A stretch of 64,000 nucleotides of DNA from Thermoplasmata archaeon (GTDB lineage: Archaea > Thermoplasmatota > E2 > JACPAO01 > JAHFTW01), in contig JAHFTW010000002.1 of NCBI GenBank assembly GCA_023269235.1, positions 119,294-183,293 of the forward strand, in the 5' to 3' direction. The translations under genes were made by a program, and so were the position numbers. This document shows, one piece after another, positions 44,729 through 53,826 of this stretch; within the stretch, counting starts at the first letter, position 1, and the number at the start of each line of letters is the position of its first letter. The notes below the pieces were generated by a model. The model saw nothing but the letters and a program-made list of their open reading frames with translations, searched no databases and was not told the origin of the DNA.

Positions 44729-45289
44729 ATGGCTGCATGGGCGCGCATGGCCCGCATCGACGCCGCGGAGGACAGCATCGTGGTTGCACGCTCCCTCATC
44801 GAGGAGGGGCGAGTGGACCTCGTGGTGCCCCGCCTTGCCCCGGTGCGCGTCGCCGTCGGCCAGCGCCTTGTCCTGGCGCACGTCTACGACCTGGTCGAGG
44901 CGAGCCCAAAACACGAGACGTTCGGGTTCGGCATCGCCGCCACGACGCCAGGCGAGCCGCCAAAGAAGGGACGCTCCATCGTGCAGGATCGTCCCATGGT
45001 CCACGATGACATCAAAGGCGCCGTCAGTGTCGCGTACCGGTTCGCTGAGCCCGGGCGCCGCACGGTGCGCCTCACGTTCTGGACTGAGTACCGCATCGGA
45101 GCGTGGGCGCGCGCGCCCGCGACGGGCGAGCGCCGCGAGGCGTCCGGAAGCCTGACCGTGGTCGTCGAGGGTCCGACCAAGGCCGCCCCGGCCCGGCCCG
45201 CGAAGAAGGCGGCGAAGGCCAAACCGGCCAAGACGACGCGCAAGGCGGCCCGGAAGCCGGCACGCACAACCAGCCGCAAGCGGACCTAA
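44729..45289 (+). CDS. Hypothetical protein with C-terminal Ala/Lys-rich basic tail. Tandem paralog of 45347..45820.
   Basis: Conserved blocks with the neighbour: RID..AA.VVVR..IEEG, FGFG/FAFG, SV.VA.RF.EPGR, GxLTVxV. Tail KKAAKAKPAKTTRKAARKPARTTSRKRT. Confidence 0.5.
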   Translation: MAAWARMARIDAAEDSIVVARSLIEEGRVDLVVPRLAPVRVAVGQRLVLAHVYDLVEASPKHETFGFGIAATTPGEPPKKGRSIVQDRPMVHDDIKGAVSVAYRFAEPGRRTVRLTFWTEYRIGAWARAPATGERREASGSLTVVVEGPTKAAPARPAKKAAKAKPAKTTRKAARKPARTTSRKRT

Positions 45290-45346
45290 ACCGGTTCACC
45301 TTTGACCCGCCGACAAACCTAGTCAGATGGGAACCTTCCCCCGCGC

Positions 45347-45820
45347 TTGAAGAGGGGCGCGACGGCATTCCTGCCCATGCCTCGCATCGACATGGACGCG
45401 GCGGCGGTCGTCGTCGTCCGCACCCGGATTGAGGAAGGGGCGGTCAAGATGGAGCACGGCCCCGCGGAGCCGTTGCATCTCCAGCCCGGCCAGAAACTCA
45501 TCGTGTACCACACCTACGAGTTCGACGAGGGCGCCTGGCGTCGCGAGGCGTTCGCCTTCGGCCTGGACGCGCGCCCCGACAAGGAGGACGCCCACCACGC
45601 CGAGACCATCCTGCACAACCATCTGTTCCTCGCCTCGCACGGCAAGGGCTCCGTCAGCGTCGCGCACCGGTTCCAGGAGCCGGGTCGCCACGTCCTCGCC
45701 TTCTCCGCGCTGGCGGAGTACCATGGTGGCTCATGGTCGCGCACCGACACGCCGACCGAGCGCAAGACGGCGACCGGTCGCCTCACCGTAATCGTCGCGA
45801 AACGACCGACTAACGGCTGA
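45347..45820 (+). CDS. Hypothetical protein, tandem paralog of 44729..45289 (no basic tail)
   Basis: See the paralog entry at 44729..45289. Confidence 0.5.
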   Translation: MKRGATAFLPMPRIDMDAAAVVVVRTRIEEGAVKMEHGPAEPLHLQPGQKLIVYHTYEFDEGAWRREAFAFGLDARPDKEDAHHAETILHNHLFLASHGKGSVSVAHRFQEPGRHVLAFSALAEYHGGSWSRTDTPTERKTATGRLTVIVAKRPTNG

Positions 45821-46043
45821 GCGCCGCGACGTGGCGGCAGATGGCCGCGAGGTCGTTGCTGACGAACGCGCCGTCCTCGAGGACGGGGACGGACTCCGAC
45901 TTGAACTTCTGCCGGACCAGGGTCTTGTCTCCGACGGGGAGCGTCACGACCTCGAACGGGGTGTCGGCCTGCCGCAGGAGCCGGCGCACCAGGCCGCACT
46001 CGTGGCACTCGGCGAACTGGTAGAGCTTCATGGCCGCCGGCAC
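45810..46043 (-). CDS. Glutaredoxin/NrdH-like small thioredoxin-fold protein
   Basis: MKLYQFAECHECGLVRRLL (CxxC). ...SVPVLEDGAF... Probable start MKLYQ (46031). Confidence 0.6.
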   Translation of the reverse strand: MPAAMKLYQFAECHECGLVRRLLRQADTPFEVVTLPVGDKTLVRQKFKSESVPVLEDGAFVSNDLAAICRHVAALSR

Positions 46044-46052
46044 GCGCAGGGG

Positions 46053-46730
46053 CTACTTGGGTTCTGTGCGCCACGCCCCGACGACCCAGGTGGCCCGGCT
46101 CGCGGTCGCCTCGACCTGGGCCGTCTCCACCACGAGGCGGCGGCGGAAACAGGGGGCATCGAGGACGAGCGTCTCGTACTCGCCTCCTTCTCCGGCGACG
46201 TGGGGGCGCGCCTTGTGGGCCGCCATCGCGAGGAGCTTCGCCTCGTCCAGCCGCTCGCCGCACCATGCATTGGGGACGCCCTCTGCGGCAGTGCGGCTGA
46301 ACCGGATGTCCCAGCCTCCGCGCACGAGGGAGCGGACGTAGCCGGCGGGCTCCTTGTGCCAAAGCGGCATGAACGACTTGAGCCCAAGGCGGTGCCCGAT
46401 GGCCTCGAGGCGCGTGCGCTGGTACTCGCTGGCAATGGCTCCTGATACGAAGCCGTCGAGACGCCACTCCGTCTTGAGGCGGGCGAGGGCGGCCTCCAGG
46501 TCCTGGACTTCTTCCACGGCGCCCGAACGGACGGGGACGGCGACGACAGGGAGCCCAAGGCACTGCGCGACCCCTTCCGCGGCGCCGAGGGCCGGCGTGT
46601 GGAACATCCAGGCGTCGTCCTGGGCGGGCTTCACAATGAGGGCGCCGACGACGTCCCAGCCGTGGCCGCGCGCAGTCTCGACGGCGCAGACCGAGTCCTT
46701 GCCCCCGGAGAGGAGGGCGGCGACACGCAT
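46053..46730 (-). CDS. dph6: Diphthine--ammonia ligase (Dph6, MJ0570-family PP-loop ATPase)
   Basis: MRVAALLSGGKDS PP-loop. ...EGGEYETLVLDAP... C-terminal motif. Confidence 0.75.
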   Translation of the reverse strand: MRVAALLSGGKDSVCAVETARGHGWDVVGALIVKPAQDDAWMFHTPALGAAEGVAQCLGLPVVAVPVRSGAVEEVQDLEAALARLKTEWRLDGFVSGAIASEYQRTRLEAIGHRLGLKSFMPLWHKEPAGYVRSLVRGGWDIRFSRTAAEGVPNAWCGERLDEAKLLAMAAHKARPHVAGEGGEYETLVLDAPCFRRRLVVETAQVEATASRATWVVGAWRTEPK

Positions 46731-47551
46731 CAGCGCGCCTTCTTCCCCTTCGTCTTCGCGGCGACCGGCAGCGTGGCGAGGGCTCCGTCGCGCAGGGTGG
46801 GGCGGAACTCGCGGGCGGGGGCGAGGTCGTCCCAGTCGAGCTCGACGAGGGTGCGGCCTTCCTTGAGCGCCTCCATGCGGCCAAGCAGCGTGCCGCGCGG
46901 GCCCCACGCCTGGGAGCCGCCCCAGAAGACGACGCCGTCTTGCGGCCCGACGACGTTGCAGTAGGCGGCGAAGCTGGCGTTCTCGATGGCGCGCGCCGGC
47001 ATGAGCGCCTCGAAGAAACGCTGGCTCGTCGTCGGGCTCGCGCTGATGTTGAGGAGCAAGTCGGCGCCGGCGAGCGCCTGGGCGCGCGGGAACTCGGGGA
47101 AGAACCAGTCGTAGCAGATCGTGATGCCGATGCGGCCAACGCCGGTGTCGAAGACGGGGCTCGTCGTCCCGGGCTTGAAGAAGAGGCCCTCCTGGAACGT
47201 CGTGAAGGTGGCGGGCTCACGCTTGTCGTAGGCGGCCGTCTCGCCGCCGGGGCCGAACAGGAGCGCGCTGTTGTACATGATGCCCTTGCGCGGCGTGCGG
47301 GGCGCGCCGACGACGCAGTGCGCCTTCGCGGCCGCGCAGGCCTTGCGGATGGGCTCCAACCGGTCGTCGCCGTCCTTGAACGCGAGACGCTGGGCGTCGT
47401 CGCCGATGGCATAGCCTGTGAGGAACATCTCGGGGAACACCACGAGGTCCGCCTCGCGCGACGCGACGGCCTTGGCGACGGCGGCGACGTTGGCCTCGAC
47501 GTTGCCGAGCTTGGGGGCCGCGCTGTGCAAGGCGAGCCGGGTGGGCTTCAC
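46730..47551 (-). CDS. Carbon-nitrogen hydrolase (nitrilase/amidase superfamily)
   Basis: VVFPEMFLTGY (catalytic Glu) ... ITICYDWFFPE (catalytic Cys). Shares one nucleotide with dph6 (TGATG). Confidence 0.8.
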   Translation of the reverse strand: MKPTRLALHSAAPKLGNVEANVAAVAKAVASREADLVVFPEMFLTGYAIGDDAQRLAFKDGDDRLEPIRKACAAAKAHCVVGAPRTPRKGIMYNSALLFGPGGETAAYDKREPATFTTFQEGLFFKPGTTSPVFDTGVGRIGITICYDWFFPEFPRAQALAGADLLLNISASPTTSQRFFEALMPARAIENASFAAYCNVVGPQDGVVFWGGSQAWGPRGTLLGRMEALKEGRTLVELDWDDLAPAREFRPTLRDGALATLPVAAKTKGKKAR

Positions 47552-47586
47552 GCGCCGTTCAAATCCGGGGCCGCCTTGGACGTTTC

Positions 47587-48462
47587 GTGCCGAAAGCCGC
47601 CTCCGGTCCCGCCTCCGACCCGGTCGGGCCGGAGGGCGCCGTCACCGTCACGGAGGGCCCCGCCCGCTGGGAGGCGGTCCTCCAGGCGTTCCTGCGCCAC
47701 GCGGTGGAGGCCGCGGGGGCGAAGGGGCTCGTCGTCGGCGTCTCCGGGGGCCTCGACTCCGCCGTGGTCGCGGGCCTCGCCGCGCGGGCGTTGGGGCGGG
47801 AGCGCGTGCTCGCCATCATGCTCCCCTCTCCCGACTCGAACCCGCTGGACGCGGAGCACGCCAAGCTCGGCTGCGCCGCCTTCGGCCTCACGCCGGTCCT
47901 GCACGGCATCGGCCCCATCGTGGCCGGCCTGGAGTCCACCTTGGGGTACACGCCGGCGGCGCGCGAGCGTGGCAACGCCAAGGCGCGCGCCCGCATGCTC
48001 CTCCTGTACGCGGAGGCTGCCCGGCGCGATTTCCTCGTCTGCGGCACGGGCAACAAGTCGGAGCTTCTCACCGGCTACTTCACGAAGCACGGCGACGGCG
48101 GAGTGGACCTCCAGCCCATCGGCGACCTCTACAAGACGCAGGTGCGCGAGCTGGCCCGCCACCTCGGCGTCCCCAAGCCCATCATCGAGAAGGCGCCCTC
48201 CGCCGGCCTCTACCCGGGCCAGACGGACGAAGGCGACATGGGTCTCACCTACGACCAGCTCGACAGCGTCCTGCGCCAGCTGGAGCTGAACCACGGCCTC
48301 GACGTCGTGGCGCGCAAGACGGGGCTCACGCTCGCGATGGTCGAGAAGGTGGACGGGATGGTCCGCCGCACGGAGCACAAGCGCCGGACAGCGCTCGTGC
48401 CGAAGCTGGGCTCGCGCACCGTGGGAATCGACTGGCGCCGCAGCGTGCAGTGGGACGCGTAG
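47587..48462 (+). CDS. nadE: NH3-dependent NAD+ synthetase
   Basis: VVGVSGGLDSAVV PP-loop ... canonical NadE C-terminal half. Confidence 0.85.
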   Translation: MPKAASGPASDPVGPEGAVTVTEGPARWEAVLQAFLRHAVEAAGAKGLVVGVSGGLDSAVVAGLAARALGRERVLAIMLPSPDSNPLDAEHAKLGCAAFGLTPVLHGIGPIVAGLESTLGYTPAARERGNAKARARMLLLYAEAARRDFLVCGTGNKSELLTGYFTKHGDGGVDLQPIGDLYKTQVRELARHLGVPKPIIEKAPSAGLYPGQTDEGDMGLTYDQLDSVLRQLELNHGLDVVARKTGLTLAMVEKVDGMVRRTEHKRRTALVPKLGSRTVGIDWRRSVQWDA

Positions 48463-48469
48463 GGCGGGC

Positions 48470-48757
48470 TTAGGCCGCGATTAGGCCGGGGCTCGGCGTG
48501 GAGCCGACTTCAGCGGGCGTCGCGGGGGAGACGACCCAGAAGTAGGTCTGCCGGGTGTCGCGCAGGCTGGCGCGCTCCTTCAGGATGCCCAGCGCCTTGA
48601 GGGTCTTCAGGGCGGCGTACACCGTGCGGCGGGGCAGGCCGGTGGAGGCGCGGATCTCGGCGCCGGTCATGGGGGTGTGCTCGACCAGGGTGCAGAGCAC
48701 GGTCTGGACGGAGGGGGCGATGTGCGGGAGCGAGCGGACGGTGTCAGCGCAGGGCAT
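48470..48757 (-). CDS. Small winged-helix transcriptional regulator (TrmB/ArsR-like)
   Basis: TGAEIRASTGLPRRTVYAALKTLKALGIL HTH. Divergent from the HxlR gene across an AT-rich spacer. Confidence 0.55.
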   Translation of the reverse strand: MPCADTVRSLPHIAPSVQTVLCTLVEHTPMTGAEIRASTGLPRRTVYAALKTLKALGILKERASLRDTRQTYFWVVSPATPAEVGSTPSPGLIAA

Positions 48758-48829
48758 GATTCCTACTATGCGAGGTGGAGTATTAGAGGTGAAAAGTTCA
48801 TACCGGTTAACTGTCTATACTGGATTGCC

Positions 48830-49180
48830 ATGAGCATGAAACCTGAGGCCGACCTCGAGGGCTGCTGCCCCTTCCAGGAGGCCATCGACCTCCTGTCCAG
48901 GCGCCACGCCATGACCCTCGTCTGGCTCCTCCAGGACGGCAAGCCCCGCCGCTTCAACGACATCAAGCGCGCCCTCGGCGTCAACCCCGTCAGCCTGAGC
49001 CAGCGCCTGGGGGAGCTCGAAGGCGCCGGCGTCGTGGACCGCAAGACGTTCAAGCAGGTCCCCCCGCGCGTCGAGTACTGGCTCACCGACAAGGGCCGCG
49101 AGCTCGTGCCCCTCATGGACCAGCTCGGCGTCTGGAGCAGCAAGCACCACGCGACGCCGCCCGCGCCGGTCCCGGCGTGA
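48830..49180 (+). CDS. HxlR-family transcriptional regulator
   Basis: CPFQEAIDLLSRRHAMTLVWLL..RRFNDIKRALGVNPVSLSQRLGELEGAGVVDRK...EYWLTDKG. Confidence 0.8.
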   Translation: MSMKPEADLEGCCPFQEAIDLLSRRHAMTLVWLLQDGKPRRFNDIKRALGVNPVSLSQRLGELEGAGVVDRKTFKQVPPRVEYWLTDKGRELVPLMDQLGVWSSKHHATPPAPVPA

Positions 49181-49187
49181 CGCCCCC

Positions 49188-50153
49188 GTGAAGCGCGTCC
49201 TCGGCCTGCACCAGCCCCTGGTCCTCTCCCCCATGGTGGACGTCACGGACCCCGCCTTCCGCGGCCTCGCCAAGGCGCACGGCGCCGACGTCACCTGCAG
49301 CGAGATGATCGCCGCCGTCGGCCTCGTGCACGGCAACCGCACCGCCTGGAGCCTCGTCGAGCGCGCCCCCAATGAATCCCCGTATGGCGTCCAGTTCATG
49401 TCGGCGGACCCCGCCACCATCCGGGACGCGGTGCGGCAGCTCGCCGAGCGCGTGAAGGTCGAGTTCGTGGACGTGAACCTGGGCTGTCCCGCCCCGAACA
49501 TCCTCAAGTCCTGCGCCGGCGGGTTCCTCATGCGCGACCCAGCACTCGCCGGCAAGGTGGTCGCCGCCGCCCGCGCCGCCGCCGACGAGGCCGGCATCCC
49601 GCACGTCTCCGCCAAGATGCGCCTCGGCCCCGATGCCAGCCGGCTGACCTACCTCGAGGTCGGCCAGGCCGTGACGGACGCCGGCGCCGACTGGGTGACG
49701 TTGCACGCCCGCACGGTGGCGCAGGGCTACTCCGGCGACGCCGAGTGGGGCCACATCGCGCGCCTCGTCGAGCACCTCGACGCCCCGGTGCTCGGCAACG
49801 GCGACCTGCGCACCCCCGAGGACGTCGTACGCATGCGCGACACGACCGGTTGCGCCGGGTTCTTCGTGGCGCGCGCCGCGATGCGCGACCCCACCGTCTT
49901 CTCCCGCATGCGCAAAGCCCTCGACGGGAAGCCCCCTGGCCCCGAGCCGACGATGCCGGAGCGCATGGCCACGCTGCTCGACTACCTGGACCGCTCCGGG
50001 CCCGATGCTCCCATTGGCGACCTGCGCCGCATGGGAACCCGCCTCGTGGCAGGCTCCCCCGGCGCGGCCCGGCTGCGGTCGCAGTTCAACGCTGCCGCGG
50101 ACGCCGCCACCCTGCGTGTGCTGGCCGAGACTACTCGAAATTCCGCCGCTTGA
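49188..50153 (+). CDS. dus: tRNA-dihydrouridine synthase
   Basis: LSPMVDVTDPAFR ... VDVNLGCPAPNILKSCAGGFLM (catalytic Cys). Confidence 0.85.
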   Translation: MKRVLGLHQPLVLSPMVDVTDPAFRGLAKAHGADVTCSEMIAAVGLVHGNRTAWSLVERAPNESPYGVQFMSADPATIRDAVRQLAERVKVEFVDVNLGCPAPNILKSCAGGFLMRDPALAGKVVAAARAAADEAGIPHVSAKMRLGPDASRLTYLEVGQAVTDAGADWVTLHARTVAQGYSGDAEWGHIARLVEHLDAPVLGNGDLRTPEDVVRMRDTTGCAGFFVARAAMRDPTVFSRMRKALDGKPPGPEPTMPERMATLLDYLDRSGPDAPIGDLRRMGTRLVAGSPGAARLRSQFNAAADAATLRVLAETTRNSAA

Positions 50154-51059
50154 CGACGAGCACGCTGAGGCCGTAGAAGATCAGCGTGTACACGACGAGC
50201 ATGAGCGCGGCGAGGCCGGAGTCGTTGGGGGCCCCGTTGAAGAAGTTCAGGAGGCGCAGGAACTGCGCCGTGTCGCCCGTGTCGTGGGGAAGCAGCGCGC
50301 GCAGCCCCGCCTGCATGTCGGCCACCGGGTTGAGGTAGAGCCACGCCTGCACCTGCGGGAGGTCGTAGAAGTTCTGCACGGTGCCGTCGCGGGCGGCGTC
50401 GCGCAGGCTCGTGAAGACGCCGATTGAGCCCAGGATGGGGAACCCGATGAGCCACACGCCCAACGTGTAGAGGAAGCTCATCAGCGTGGACTTCGTGATG
50501 GTGGAGAAGAACAGGCTGATGGAGGCGAACGCGGCGCAGCCGAGCAGGATGAACACGAGCATCAGGAAGAAGCCCGCGACCTCGGCGCCGTCCGGCGACC
50601 CCGCGTAGAAGAACTGCATGAGGCCGTAGTCCAGGATGAACAGGCCCCCGATGGTGACGAAGACCGTCGTGAGGTTGCCCAGCAGCTTGCCGGTCACGAA
50701 CGCCACGCGGCTCACCGGCTTCGACAGCAGCAGGAAGATGGTGCGGTTCGACCACTCGCTGCACACGGCGTCGCCTGTGAGCACGATGGCTAGCAGCTGC
50801 GTGAACTGCAACCCACCCACCAGGCTCACGCCGAAGTACACCGTGAGGACCATGTTCTCCAGGGCGTTCGTGAACGGGTGGTCGCTGTTGCCGGTGCCGC
50901 CCCCCACGTTCGCGTCCTTGGTGACCTGCGGGCCGAAGACCAGCGTCACCATGACCAGGAGGAACAGCATGATGCCGGCGATGATGAGGAGGCGCTTGGT
51001 GCGGATGTGCTGCAGCACCTCTTTGCGGGCGACCTCGTAGGTGGCGCGCAGGAAATCGC

Positions 51060-51063
<4 letters not shown>
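50131..51063 (-). CDS. ABC-2 family transporter permease
   Basis: Start MSDFLRATYEVARKEV. Six TM helices. The rest of ORF 50131..52029 is out of frame and spurious. Confidence 0.7.
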
Positions 51064-51986
<923 letters not shown>

Positions 51987-52079
51987 GACGACGCCAGCCT
52001 CCAGGGCCTATGAAGCCTGACTGGTTCACCGATTGAACCGTGGAGAAACGGTTTCACGTCGCGACCAGTCGCCGACCTT

Positions 52080-53363
52080 GTGCTGGTGGGGCTGGACGAC
52101 ACGGATTCCTTGACCGGCGGGTGCACGACCCACCTCACGCTCCGCCTCCTGGCGGCCGTCCCGGAGCTCGCCCTCGCCGGACCGCCGCGCCTGGTGCGCC
52201 TGAACCCCAACAACCCCCGCAAGACGCGCGGCAACGGCGCCGTCGCCTTCACGCTGGTACGGCCGCAAGGCCCGCCCCGCGTCGTCGGGGCGTGGCACGG
52301 CGAGCGTGTCCTTGCCTACCCGCAGGGGGCTCCTGTGGCCGCGACGGAAGCGCTCCTCGACCTTCTCTGGGCCGCCGTGGAGGCGCACGCCGAACCTGAC
52401 GCCGGAACCGGCCTTGTGGTGGCCGATGCCCCCCCGCCAGCCCTGGCGTACTGGAAGGCCGTGCGCGGCCAGGCCGCCGCCCCGGACGCGGGCGGTCTGG
52501 CCCATCGGCGCCGCGGCGACGGCTGGGGCCTTGTCGGCGCCTACGCCGCCCTCGCTTGGCCCGGTCCGGCCGCAAGTTGGGAGCTCATCGCGTACCGCGC
52601 CCCCCAACGGGTCGGAACGCCGCGCGCCGTGGAGCCCGCGCCGCTTGCCGCGCTGGACCGCGCCGTGACCTTCCACACGTTCGACACCGCCGCTCGACGG
52701 CTCGCCTGCGTCCCGCACACGCCTTGTCCAGTGCTTGCGGGCCTGCGCGGCCGCGACGCCGCGTCGCTCCTGGCCCAAGGACTACCCGCGCTGCGCTCGG
52801 CCGCGGAGCCGTTCGACACGTGGCTTCTCTGGGAGACGAACCAGGCCTCGGGCGACCATGTCACCCCGGTCCAGTCGCTCGCGCAGGCCCCGCCGTGGGG
52901 GACCATCGAGGCGGACGCCGTCGTCCTGGACCGCCCCATCCGCCGAGCCGGGGGGCATCTCTTCGTCTCCTGCAAGGACCGCACGGGCGCCCGCTTCACC
53001 GCTGCCGCCTTCGAGCCGACGAAGGGGTTCCGCGACGCGGTCGGAGCCCTGCGGGCAGGCGACCGCATCACCGTCGTCGGCCCCGTCGAGGACGGGACCG
53101 TCCGGCTCGAGAAACTGCGCGTCGTCGCGCTCGCCAACGTGCTCGTCAAGGAGGCCAACCCCGTCTGCCCCGAGTGCGGCAAGCGCATGAAGTCGGCCGG
53201 GGCGGGCGCCGGCTACCGCTGCCGCACCTGCGGGACCGAGGCGCCCCCGGACGCGGCGGACCTGCACGACGAGGCGCGCACCCTCAAGCCAGGCTGGCTC
53301 GAAGTGCCCGTCGGGGCGCGCCGCCACCTGCACCGCCCGGTGGCGTGGACGATGGGTCTTTGA
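52080..53363 (+). CDS. tiaS: tRNA(Ile2) 2-agmatinylcytidine synthetase TiaS
   Basis: GTG start. LVGLDDTDSLTGGCTTHL N-terminal hallmark. C-terminal Zn ribbon CPECGKRMK...CRTCG. Confidence 0.8.
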   Translation: MLVGLDDTDSLTGGCTTHLTLRLLAAVPELALAGPPRLVRLNPNNPRKTRGNGAVAFTLVRPQGPPRVVGAWHGERVLAYPQGAPVAATEALLDLLWAAVEAHAEPDAGTGLVVADAPPPALAYWKAVRGQAAAPDAGGLAHRRRGDGWGLVGAYAALAWPGPAASWELIAYRAPQRVGTPRAVEPAPLAALDRAVTFHTFDTAARRLACVPHTPCPVLAGLRGRDAASLLAQGLPALRSAAEPFDTWLLWETNQASGDHVTPVQSLAQAPPWGTIEADAVVLDRPIRRAGGHLFVSCKDRTGARFTAAAFEPTKGFRDAVGALRAGDRITVVGPVEDGTVRLEKLRVVALANVLVKEANPVCPECGKRMKSAGAGAGYRCRTCGTEAPPDAADLHDEARTLKPGWLEVPVGARRHLHRPVAWTMGL

Positions 53364-53376
53364 CGGGCTGGCCAGG

Positions 53377-53814
53377 TTGGCCCGCATGCGCTGGTTCGCC
53401 TTCGCCGCCCTTCCCCTGCTTGCCGTGGTCTTCGCCGGATGCGAAAGCAATGAGGGGTCCGCCTGCGGCGAGGCCGAGGCCGGCGTCACCACGCTGACGG
53501 TCCACCTGGGCACGAACGCGGACGGCTCGATGTACATGACGCCGTCCGGCTTGCAAGCCGCCCAGGGGGCCAAGGTCCGTTTCCAGGTCGTCAACGACGA
53601 CGCCAAGGTGTTCCACGACTTTGCGGTCCTGAACCTCCTGGGCGACGGCAAGAACCTCGAGCATGAGGTGGACGGCGGCGCCACGGTCTGCACCACGCAC
53701 GAAGGCAAGCCCTACGTCGTCCTTGACAAGAGGGGATCGTTCACCGTCGTCTGCGAGGTGTCCGGCCACAAGGAACTCGGCATGAAGATGAAGGACGGCT
53801 TCAAGGTGGTCTGA
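53377..53814 (+). CDS. Blue copper (cupredoxin/halocyanin-like) lipoprotein
   Basis: Lipobox VFAGC. Type-1 Cu ligands FHDFAV (His) ... CEVSGHKELGM (Cys-x3-His-x4-Met). Confidence 0.7.
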   Translation: MARMRWFAFAALPLLAVVFAGCESNEGSACGEAEAGVTTLTVHLGTNADGSMYMTPSGLQAAQGAKVRFQVVNDDAKVFHDFAVLNLLGDGKNLEHEVDGGATVCTTHEGKPYVVLDKRGSFTVVCEVSGHKELGMKMKDGFKVV

Positions 53815-53826
53815 GGACGCCCCGGG

